Below the pieces are notes generated by a model. That model ran no database searches and was not told where the DNA came from. It worked only from the letters and a program-made list of their open reading frames with translations. Shown here piece by piece: positions 52,529-60,758 of a stretch of DNA of 64,000 nucleotides. The position numbers were made by a program, and so were the translations under genes. Each line of letters starts with the position of its first letter. The first letter of the stretch is position 1. The DNA comes from Halieaceae bacterium (GTDB lineage: Bacteria > Pseudomonadota > Gammaproteobacteria > Pseudomonadales > Halieaceae): the NCBI GenBank assembly GCA_965199055.1, contig CBDAQR010000003.1, positions 329,958-393,957 on the forward strand, read 5' to 3'.

Positions 52529-53554
52529 ATGCGTGTGTTTAAGAAGCTAATTCTGTGGACCTTGGGGGCTTTTGCTGTGGGATTTGCGGCGCTGGCCTTG
52601 CTCATGCACCTCAGCGCGCGCAGCGCCCTGGACAACGAACTTCAATACAGCGCCTCTGTCGCCATGTTACCGGTCTTCAGCCCTGCAACGACCGACGGCC
52701 TGGTGCGAATTAGCGCCAACGATATGGAGTATCGTGCTCGCATCGCGGGATTTACTGCCAACGAGGATGGCAGCATTCGCCCCACCGTTATTCTACTGCA
52801 CGGCTGGCCCACCACCTCCGCCATGTGGATTCCACTTATCCAGCCACTGGTCGATGCAGGCTACCGGGTATTCGCACCCGACCAGCGCGGCTACAGCGTG
52901 GGTGCTCGCCCCGTGGGGCGTGACAACTACACCGTAGATAGATTGAGTGCTGACATCCTTGCGCTCGCCGACGAGATCGGCGTTGATCAGTTCCATCTCG
53001 TCGGTCACGACTGGGGCGCGGTGGTCGGCTGGCAAACGGTGCTGACGGCATCTGAGCGGGTAATCAGTTGGAATGCGCTATCTATCGCCCACCCGGCGTC
53101 TTTCGGTGCTGCGGTTGAAAACGATCCCGACCAGGCGGCACGCAGCCGCTATTTCATGTTATTTGCGACGCCGTGGCTGGCTGAATCGGTATTCTCGATG
53201 CGAGACTTCGCACTGTTAAAGGGTGCCTACGGACCGTTCCCTGAAGACACGAAAGCTGAGTTTCTGGCCATGTTTGCCGAACCCGGCGCAATGACCGCGG
53301 GCTTCAACTGGTACCGCGCCATGCTGGTGACCGCTGAGAGTGGCCCGAATTGGAACCCTGAAGTGAATACGCCGACCTTATTCGTATGGGGTAATCAGGA
53401 TGGCGCCGTGGGCCGCTGGGCGACCGAAGACCAGGCGCGCTTCATGAAGGGTCCTTACCAGATAATCGAGGTAGAAGCGGGTCACTGGTTACTGGCCACC
53501 GATGACGGCACCGTGATCAATGCCGTCGTGCAGCATATTCAGTCTCAATCCTGA
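52529..53554 (+). CDS. alpha/beta hydrolase (epoxide hydrolase / haloalkane dehalogenase-like)
   Basis: It has LLHGWPTTS (HGxP oxyanion motif) and the nucleophile elbow VGHDWGA. The N-terminus is a TM/signal segment. I chose the ATG at 52529. Confidence 0.85.
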   Translation: MRVFKKLILWTLGAFAVGFAALALLMHLSARSALDNELQYSASVAMLPVFSPATTDGLVRISANDMEYRARIAGFTANEDGSIRPTVILLHGWPTTSAMWIPLIQPLVDAGYRVFAPDQRGYSVGARPVGRDNYTVDRLSADILALADEIGVDQFHLVGHDWGAVVGWQTVLTASERVISWNALSIAHPASFGAAVENDPDQAARSRYFMLFATPWLAESVFSMRDFALLKGAYGPFPEDTKAEFLAMFAEPGAMTAGFNWYRAMLVTAESGPNWNPEVNTPTLFVWGNQDGAVGRWATEDQARFMKGPYQIIEVEAGHWLLATDDGTVINAVVQHIQSQS

Positions 53555-55053
53555 GCGGGCTTCACCCGGCGTTGGTACTGGGCCTCAATCAGGTCCAACT
53601 TGGCACCGATCACGTTCGCCTGAACCGAATCCTCATTGCCGAACACTTTCCAGTCGCCGCCAGGCGCCACCTCGGGCCAGGCTTGCGCAGCCGGTGCATT
53701 GGGATTTCCCGTTCGAGCAAACTGCAACCAATAAGCACGCATGCGCTTTGACATGGCCGCAGTTAGCGGCTCATCTTGCAAATGCCCGCCCCAGATATAT
53801 TGGCCGTCTGCTCCGTGCGCAGAGCCGTAACGCTTACCCGCCTGTTCCGGCGGTAGAAAGTCGATGTAATACAGCCAAGCCGGTTGCGAAACCTTTGCCA
53901 TAGACTGTGCCAGTAAGCGTGCAGAGATCAGGTAACGGTTATCACCCCACATGCGCTGGAGCCAGACGCCGTCGCTATCGGCTTGGTAGAGCTGGCGCGC
54001 CAGCATGGCGTCATCGCCCAGCGCCCGCCGATAATCAGCTTCGCTAATACCCGAAAATGGCATGACCGAGCCCTCAAAACTGTTGCCGCCAGACATATAG
54101 GGCACGGACTGTTGTTGGCCTCGCATGAATCGAAGGCCCGGCTCTTCAATCAATGAAACGCCATCGACCACCGGCACTTGAAAACCCTGCACGGCATTCG
54201 CCAGGGCCTGCCCGTCCAGGCCTCGGAGCATGGCTTCCGTCTGCTTGGCGTCGGTAATCCGACTCACGAGCTCGCGGCCCATCCTCTCTGCCGACTGCGC
54301 CGGGCGACCGTCCATCGTCAGGGGGGCTGGTTTTGGCGCGCCCTTGGAACGCGGCAATGCCCAGGTTGCGTAACCACTTTGCGCTATCGCCTGATGAAAC
54401 AGCCCCTGGGTCTGGTCGCTCGCCATAAGCAGGTTTACTGCCATGCCACCCGCGGAGACGCCGAAAATAGTGACATTACCCGGGTCACCGCCAAATGCCG
54501 CAATATTGGTCTGCACCCATTGCAATGCCAGCACCATATCCAAAAAGCCAGGATTGGCAGGCAAGCCCGCGAGGGAGTCGTGTGCGAAAAAGCCCAAGGG
54601 ACCAAGCCGATAATTGATCGACACCAGCACGATATCTTCCACGGCAAATGACTCGCCCGGGATCATGCCGGAACCGCCACGAAAAGCACCGCCATGAATC
54701 CACACCATCACGGGTCGCTTCGCATCGTCCAGACCTCGCGTCCAGACATTCAGCAAAAGACAGTCTTCGCTCGTGTGACCAGCATCGATACCCGGCATGG
54801 CTGATTGCAAGCAGGCCGAACCAAAATCCTGCACCGCCAGGGGCGCGGCAAGCGCACGCTTTGGCACCGGTGCACGCCAGCGCAAGTCACCCAGCGGTGG
54901 TTCGGCATAGGGCACCCCCTTGAAGCTATAAATGCCCTGGTCAAGTTTGCCCTTCAGCTCACCACTGCTGGTAACTACGTTGGCCGCAGCCAAAGGCAAG
55001 CTCATACAAACGGTAAGACCCAGAAGGGCTGAAACGGCTCTGAACATACTCAC
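53545..55053 (-). CDS. type-B carboxylesterase/lipase
   Basis: It has EDCLLLNVW and GGDPGNVTIFGVSAGG (the carboxylesterase type-B signatures) plus a signal peptide. Confidence 0.9.
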   Translation of the reverse strand: MSMFRAVSALLGLTVCMSLPLAAANVVTSSGELKGKLDQGIYSFKGVPYAEPPLGDLRWRAPVPKRALAAPLAVQDFGSACLQSAMPGIDAGHTSEDCLLLNVWTRGLDDAKRPVMVWIHGGAFRGGSGMIPGESFAVEDIVLVSINYRLGPLGFFAHDSLAGLPANPGFLDMVLALQWVQTNIAAFGGDPGNVTIFGVSAGGMAVNLLMASDQTQGLFHQAIAQSGYATWALPRSKGAPKPAPLTMDGRPAQSAERMGRELVSRITDAKQTEAMLRGLDGQALANAVQGFQVPVVDGVSLIEEPGLRFMRGQQQSVPYMSGGNSFEGSVMPFSGISEADYRRALGDDAMLARQLYQADSDGVWLQRMWGDNRYLISARLLAQSMAKVSQPAWLYYIDFLPPEQAGKRYGSAHGADGQYIWGGHLQDEPLTAAMSKRMRAYWLQFARTGNPNAPAAQAWPEVAPGGDWKVFGNEDSVQANVIGAKLDLIEAQYQRRVKPAQD

Positions 55054-55140
55054 AATTCCAATTCTGTGCTTTAATGGTTTTCCCGAGTAACGACATAATA
55101 ACTGCTAAGGCGCGCCGGGACAGCCGGCCACGGGAGACCC

Positions 55141-55983
55141 ATGCGAAAACTCCTACTCACCCTATTTATCATTATTACTCCTCTCGCCTGTGCGAGCAGC
55201 ACGGCAACTGGCGAGTATAAAGCACCGCGTGGACCCGGAGGCGTGAACCCCGATCTCAACGGGATCTGGCAGGCGATGAATGAAGCCCACTATGATCTTG
55301 AGCGCCATATGGCTCGCTCCTCCATGGAAGAGCGCGAAGGACCGCGTGGCCCCGTTCCTTCTCGCGGCACGGTCGCATTAGGCGCAGTGGTCTCAGTACC
55401 GCCCGGCCTTGGCGTCGTCGAGGGTGGCGACATACCCTACACCCCGGAAGCGCTGGCAAAGCGTAATGAGAATCGCGCCAACTGGCTGGAGCGCGACCCC
55501 GAGATCAAGTGCTATCTCCCCGGCATACCCCGCTCGACCTACATGCCTACCCCCTTCCAGATTATCCAGGGAGATAAGGATGTATTCATGGTGCACACCT
55601 ATGCCAACGCCGTGCGCAACATCTACTCGAATGATCCGGGCCCGGCGCCCATCGACTCCTGGATGGGCCAAACCGTTCTGAGCTGGGACGGTGACACCAT
55701 GGTGTTAACCACCACCGGGCAACTCGCCGACACCTGGCTGGATCGGGCTGGTAATCACCACTCCGAACAAATGGTGGTGGTAGAACGCTTTACGCCGGCC
55801 AGCCCCAATCATCTGCATTACGCGGCGACCATCACCGATCCAGCTGTATTCACCCGACCCTGGACGATCAGCATGCCACTTTACCGGCGCATGGAACCGG
55901 ACATAAAGATTCTCGACTTCAAGTGTCCGGAGTTCGTTGAAGAACTGATGCACGGCGAGTGGCGTCGCCATCCTTTGGATTAA
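55141..55983 (+). CDS. exported uncharacterised protein A2 (paralogue of A1)
   Basis: It shares long identical blocks with 19055-19879: RANxLERDPEIKCYLPGIPR, DPGPAPIDSWM, TWLDRAGN, FVEELM. Confidence 0.88.
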   Translation: MRKLLLTLFIIITPLACASSTATGEYKAPRGPGGVNPDLNGIWQAMNEAHYDLERHMARSSMEEREGPRGPVPSRGTVALGAVVSVPPGLGVVEGGDIPYTPEALAKRNENRANWLERDPEIKCYLPGIPRSTYMPTPFQIIQGDKDVFMVHTYANAVRNIYSNDPGPAPIDSWMGQTVLSWDGDTMVLTTTGQLADTWLDRAGNHHSEQMVVVERFTPASPNHLHYAATITDPAVFTRPWTISMPLYRRMEPDIKILDFKCPEFVEELMHGEWRRHPLD

Positions 55984-56005
55984 GAAGCGCCACAGGAGAT
56001 TATCG

Positions 56006-57064
56006 ATGAAGAAACAGATAGCGATAGCAGCCATAGCACTGAGCGCCACGCCGCTGGCATGGGGCGAAGTGCCCCGCACTTCCTGGGGCGCGCCCGACCT
56101 GAGCGGCAACTACAACACCGCAACACTCACCCCGCTGCAGCGGCCCCAGGAGTTTGGCGACAAAGCCTACGCCACCAAGGAAGAGGCAGCGGCTATCGTA
56201 GCGGCCTACGAGGCGCGCGCCGCAAAACTCAATGAGGGCCAATCGGATGATCCAAACCGCAAAGCCCCTCCCAAGGGCGGTGACGGTAACTACAGCTTTG
56301 GCGCGGGCGGAGTCGGAGGCTACAACTCTTTCTGGGTCGATCCTGGTACCAGCGCGAATACTGTCGACGGAAAATTTCCCACCTCGATCATTTACGATCC
56401 CCCGAGCGGTCGCTGGCCTGCGCTGACACCAGCGGGACAGAAGGAACTGGCGCGGCGCTTTTCGCCGAAACCCAATACCGGTACGGCGTGGTGGTTGGAA
56501 AAAGGTGACGGCAGCGGCCCTTACGATAACCCGGAAGATCGCCCTACTTCGGATCGCTGCCTGATGGCATTCGGTTCCAGCGGCGGGCCACCCATGTTGC
56601 CCACGCTATACAACAACATGAAGCGCATTGTGCAGAGCCCCGACCACGTGATGATCCTGGTGGAGATGGTGCACGATGCCCGCGTGATTCGATTGAACAG
56701 CGAACACGTGTCGCCGGACATTCGCAAATGGCTGGGCGATTCCATCGGCTGGTGGGACGGAGACACACTGGTGGTGGAGACTACCAATTTCAATGATCAT
56801 CCCGGCATGTATGGCGCCACTCGTGACTTAAAAGTAACGGAACGTTTTACGCGCATCGACGCTACCACGCTGAACTACGAGTTTACGGTGGAGGACCCCA
56901 ACGTGTGGACGACGCCCTGGAGCGGCCGTTACAGTTGGCCTATTACCAATGACCCCGTTTACGAGTACGCCTGTCACGAGGCGAACTACGCAATGGGCAA
57001 CATACTGCGCGGCGCACGCTTGCTGGAAGCCGAAGCGGAACAACAGGAATCAGGTGGCGACTAA
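56006..57064 (+). CDS. exported uncharacterised protein B2 (paralogue of B1)
   Basis: It shares GGYNSFWxDPG, FGSxGGPPMLPxLYNN, QSPxHVMILVEM, WLGDSIGxWxGDTLVVETT, VTERFTRI and YEYACHExNY with 18076-19041. Confidence 0.88.
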   Translation: MKKQIAIAAIALSATPLAWGEVPRTSWGAPDLSGNYNTATLTPLQRPQEFGDKAYATKEEAAAIVAAYEARAAKLNEGQSDDPNRKAPPKGGDGNYSFGAGGVGGYNSFWVDPGTSANTVDGKFPTSIIYDPPSGRWPALTPAGQKELARRFSPKPNTGTAWWLEKGDGSGPYDNPEDRPTSDRCLMAFGSSGGPPMLPTLYNNMKRIVQSPDHVMILVEMVHDARVIRLNSEHVSPDIRKWLGDSIGWWDGDTLVVETTNFNDHPGMYGATRDLKVTERFTRIDATTLNYEFTVEDPNVWTTPWSGRYSWPITNDPVYEYACHEANYAMGNILRGARLLEAEAEQQESGGD

Positions 57065-57065
57065 T

Positions 57066-57545
57066 ATGAATAGATCCGAACAGAAACCCCAGTATCGATC
57101 CAAAGCGATTGAAGGCATTCGGCCCATCTACCTGCTGGTTGCGCTCGCCCTGGCAACCGCGGCCTACTTCTCCGGCCAGGCGGTTGGCCATCACGCCTTT
57201 TCGGCGGAGTTTGACCCCAATCGACCGCTGGTGCTGCGCGGCCCGGTCACCAAGGTAGAGTGGGTTAACCCGCACGCCTGGATTCACCTGGACGCGGAAA
57301 TGGAGGACGGTTCAACGGAATCCTGGATGGTAGAGGGCGGCACCCCCAATACACTGCTGCGTCGCGGAATCAACAAGAACACGGTCAAGCCGGGCACCTA
57401 CATCATCGTGGATGGCTATCAGAGCAAAGACCGCTCCAACCGCGCCAATGGTCGCAACATTACTCTGGCTGACGGTCGCAAGCTGTTCATGGGCTCTTCC
57501 GGTACCGGTGCACCCAAAGACGGCGCGGACCCCACTGAGCGTTAA
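57066..57545 (+). CDS. small exported protein C2 with predicted mature N-terminus HHAFSAEFD (paralogue of C1)
   Basis: Its ATG at 57066 lies 1 nt after the B2 stop. It shares HHAFSAEFD, VTKVEWxNPHAWIHL, WMVEGGTPNTLLR, ITLADG and FMGSSGTGAPKDG with C1. Confidence 0.85.
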   Translation: MNRSEQKPQYRSKAIEGIRPIYLLVALALATAAYFSGQAVGHHAFSAEFDPNRPLVLRGPVTKVEWVNPHAWIHLDAEMEDGSTESWMVEGGTPNTLLRRGINKNTVKPGTYIIVDGYQSKDRSNRANGRNITLADGRKLFMGSSGTGAPKDGADPTER

Positions 57546-57581
57546 TCCGGCGCCGACCCTACCGAACGTTAATCCGGCGCG
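57522..57581. repeat. 27-bp tandem duplication (2.2 copies) spanning the C2 stop codon and the convergent MFS stop
   Basis: Unit 1 (57522-57548) is GGCGCGGACCCCACTGAGCGTTAATCC. Unit 2 (57549-57575) is GGCGCCGACCCTACCGAACGTTAATCC. A partial third unit, GGCGCG, follows. The units are 23/27 identical. Confidence 0.9.
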
Positions 57582-58888
57582 TTCTGTAAATCCTCCCGCA
57601 GCGTGCGGGAGGCCAGGAAGAAGTGTGTCAGTGACCACACCGACACCACCGGTATCACGTATAGCATTGCGTAGCGCAACGACTCTGCACCGAGCGTAGG
57701 CTGCAACATATCGCTGACCATACCCACCGTCCAGGGCCCGGCGCCCAGGCCGATGATATTCAGAATGAAGAACAGAATTGCCGAGGCCATAGCACGCATG
57801 CGCAGACCTACCAGGCCGTGTGACATCGCCAGCGCATTGCCGAGATACACGTTCGACATAATCGCGGGAATGATCATGCACATCAGCGCTGTGTACTTAC
57901 CGTCGACCAGATAAACCGACACCACGAACGGCAGCGCGACGATTCCAGCAATGCCCGGCAACCATACATGCCAGCGTTTGTCTTTAGGGGCGAGCCGATC
58001 GGCCAACAAACCGCCACAGAGTACACCGACCGCGCCGCCGAAGCCCATAATCATCGCCAGCCAGGTGCCGAGTTCTCCCGTAGACATTTCGTGGGAGCGA
58101 ATCATAAAGGACGCTGTCCAGTTGCTAATGCTGTAGCTGGCAAACGCATTGAGTGCAGCGCCCAGAGCAATATGGCGAAAGGCCCTCGCTGTCCACAGCA
58201 CACCCAACACGCCGGTAAACGTGGTGGATGATGAATCCGCGGTACGGTTTTCTGACAAGCCGCGTATCGGTTCCGCCATGGTGTAGCGAACCACAACTGC
58301 TAGCACGACACCGGGAAGCCCCACCACGATAAAGGCGACGCGCCAACCAAAAAACTCATTGAGCCAACCGCCAAACAGGAAGCCAAACAAAATACCGATG
58401 TTGACCCCCATGGAATAAAACCCCAGCGCACTCGCGCGCCGCTCTGGCGGGAAAATATCGGAAATCATGGAGTGCGAGGGCGGACTGCCACCCGCTTCCC
58501 CGACCCCAACGCCAATACGTGCGAGCAGCAGTTGCACATAGTTCTGCACGAAACCGCTAAGTGCGGTCATGCCACTCCATACCGCCAATGCCAGTGCGAC
58601 AATGTTGCGGCGATTCGAGTGGTCGGCCCAGCGCGCAATGGGAATCCCGGCGGTCACGTAAAACACGGCGAAGGCAAAACCGGTTAACAAACCCAATTGG
58701 CCGTCGGAGAGGTCTAGCTCTGCCTTAATGGATTCCTGCAGGATCGCCAGTAACTGACGATCGATGAAATTGAAACTATAGACGATCGTCAGCAGAACCA
58801 GCGCATAGTAGGCGTTACGGCGATTCGCGTAGGGGTTATCGATATCGGCAGGACTGCCCTCAGCCGGCCTGGCTGTTTCCTCGCTCAT
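57569..58888 (-). CDS. MFS transporter
   Basis: It has 12 predicted TM helices with MFS motifs (FNFIDRQLL, ADHSNRRN). It is downstream of the quinohemoprotein gene. Confidence 0.88.
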   Translation of the reverse strand: MSEETARPAEGSPADIDNPYANRRNAYYALVLLTIVYSFNFIDRQLLAILQESIKAELDLSDGQLGLLTGFAFAVFYVTAGIPIARWADHSNRRNIVALALAVWSGMTALSGFVQNYVQLLLARIGVGVGEAGGSPPSHSMISDIFPPERRASALGFYSMGVNIGILFGFLFGGWLNEFFGWRVAFIVVGLPGVVLAVVVRYTMAEPIRGLSENRTADSSSTTFTGVLGVLWTARAFRHIALGAALNAFASYSISNWTASFMIRSHEMSTGELGTWLAMIMGFGGAVGVLCGGLLADRLAPKDKRWHVWLPGIAGIVALPFVVSVYLVDGKYTALMCMIIPAIMSNVYLGNALAMSHGLVGLRMRAMASAILFFILNIIGLGAGPWTVGMVSDMLQPTLGAESLRYAMLYVIPVVSVWSLTHFFLASRTLREDLQNAPD

Positions 58889-58907
58889 GGGAACCTCTCA
58901 TTGCTTA

Positions 58908-60758
58908 TTATTGTTTTCGCGGACGGAAAGCGAGTAACACATTGCCGGCCGGTTGCCCAAACATACCATAACCGGAGTTCACGAACAGCGTGCCGTTGGC
59001 CGCCGTAATGCCCGCATTATCGATAGCGCCACCGTGACCGCTGACGCCGTTGATGCCATCAAACTTGCGCAGGCTGTCGTAGCGGAACAACACGGAGCCG
59101 TCGTCAGCATCAAAGGCAATAATTTTTCCATCCAGACTACCCTGTACGACCGCACCCTCGAGCGCGAGCGGCGCATTAGAATATCCGAAGTACCACATGC
59201 ATCGCGGCGCGCGTTCCTGACGACCCTCACAGTCCGCGCTGGCCGGTTGTTCCCACAGCAGGTCTCCGCTGCTGGCATCCAGCGCGTAGAGACCTGGATA
59301 GCGCTCTTTACCCGGTTGGCTGATGCCAGGGTCGTTAAGCGGCACAAACACGCGCTTGCCATGGTAGGCCATGCCCCAGTGCACACCGCCCAGCGGCGTG
59401 CCGTCGCCCCGGTTCCAGTGCCAGACCAATTTGCCCTTCTGATCGGGATCAAGCGCCCAGACAGAACTGGATTTCTGGCCGGCGAGCAGCAGATCCCGAC
59501 CCTTGGCGTCACTGGCAATAATGACCGAGGCCCCAAAATCCACATCGCGCTCAACGCTGTATTCAGGTGGACAATTCAGCGGACGCGGCTGCTGACGACA
59601 ACCACTGAGGAAAATATCCTGCGCGGTTGCCTGAAACGACCAGCGAATATCTCCGGTCTCCATATCCAACGCGATGATGGCATCCGTGTTGCCGTGAGCA
59701 GGTTCCGAGGTGCTCTCGCCCGTGCCCACATAGAGCAGTCCTCGCTTCTCATCGATCGCGGGTGAAGTCCATACCGGTGCACCCGAGGGGCCAAAGATCT
59801 GTTGGCCATCGCCGCGGTCTCGCTGCGCGGTAGCGGGTGGCAGCATGGGTGTGTACCAAAGTACCTTCCCGGTCCTGGCATCAAGCGCTGCAACTGCACC
59901 GCTTGCCTTACAGCATTCATAGTGATCGGCCGCCGCCACCATAATTTCGAACTGACTAACGCTCGCGTAGACACGCTCGCCCACCAGTACGGGTGTACCT
60001 GTGATAACGGACTGTGGAAAACGTTTTAGATCAGCAATCCACAACGCTTCACCCGTGCGCGCATCAATTGCGTGCACCCGCGCCTGGCTATCACCCACCA
60101 ACAAAACAGGCTGCTGCCCGGTGACACCGTAGGTCAGACTGCTGCGCAATTGCATGTCAGCGCTATACACCCAACGTAGGCAGGGATCGCCGCTGATATC
60201 GAAGGCATAGAGTTCCAGTGTCTGGATGGGACTGACAAAGAGCGTGTTGCCGACAATAGCGGGTTGCGCGCGCATCTCCGTCACGCCGGGAAAGGCGAGC
60301 GCCCAGGCTAGCTCCAGCGTCGACACATCTGTCTTGCCCAGGCCGGCACGTTCGCGATTGAGATAGCGGTGATTTTGAGGCCCCAGGCCGAAGCCACTGA
60401 CCGCAGTGCCACCGGCAAGCTTCGCCCTCGAATTTTCGCAGCGCATGGCAGACTGCCAACTACGGTCCACACTGGGATCACCGCTCAGGTATTCAGACAC
60501 CGCGCTGATCTCGGCACTGGAAAGCAGTTGTCCCTGCGCCTGCATGCGCCCTTCACGCAGCGCATAGGCGATCATCGGGGATGGCATTTGCTGCAGCGCA
60601 GACCGCGAACGTGACTTAGTCTCTTCCGGGTTGTCGTGGCAGGCCGCGCAATGCTGTTGATACACCTGCTCGCCCTTCGACAGCTCCGCTGTATTCGAAA
60701 AACCCGGCAACAGGAGCGTCGCCAGGATCAATGCGCTGACGGGCAGACGATAACTCAT
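58908..60758 (-). CDS. PQQ-type beta-propeller dehydrogenase with an N-terminal cytochrome c domain (quinohemoprotein, PVA-dehydrogenase-like architecture)
   Basis: It has a signal peptide, then CAACHDNPEE with downstream Met residues as candidate axial ligands (ALQQMPSPM), then repeated PQQ/BamB-like propeller blades (AxDxxTGxxLW motifs x4). Its ATG overlaps the stop of the upstream decarboxylase (ATGA). Confidence 0.8.
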   Translation of the reverse strand: MSYRLPVSALILATLLLPGFSNTAELSKGEQVYQQHCAACHDNPEETKSRSRSALQQMPSPMIAYALREGRMQAQGQLLSSAEISAVSEYLSGDPSVDRSWQSAMRCENSRAKLAGGTAVSGFGLGPQNHRYLNRERAGLGKTDVSTLELAWALAFPGVTEMRAQPAIVGNTLFVSPIQTLELYAFDISGDPCLRWVYSADMQLRSSLTYGVTGQQPVLLVGDSQARVHAIDARTGEALWIADLKRFPQSVITGTPVLVGERVYASVSQFEIMVAAADHYECCKASGAVAALDARTGKVLWYTPMLPPATAQRDRGDGQQIFGPSGAPVWTSPAIDEKRGLLYVGTGESTSEPAHGNTDAIIALDMETGDIRWSFQATAQDIFLSGCRQQPRPLNCPPEYSVERDVDFGASVIIASDAKGRDLLLAGQKSSSVWALDPDQKGKLVWHWNRGDGTPLGGVHWGMAYHGKRVFVPLNDPGISQPGKERYPGLYALDASSGDLLWEQPASADCEGRQERAPRCMWYFGYSNAPLALEGAVVQGSLDGKIIAFDADDGSVLFRYDSLRKFDGINGVSGHGGAIDNAGITAANGTLFVNSGYGMFGQPAGNVLLAFRPRKQ

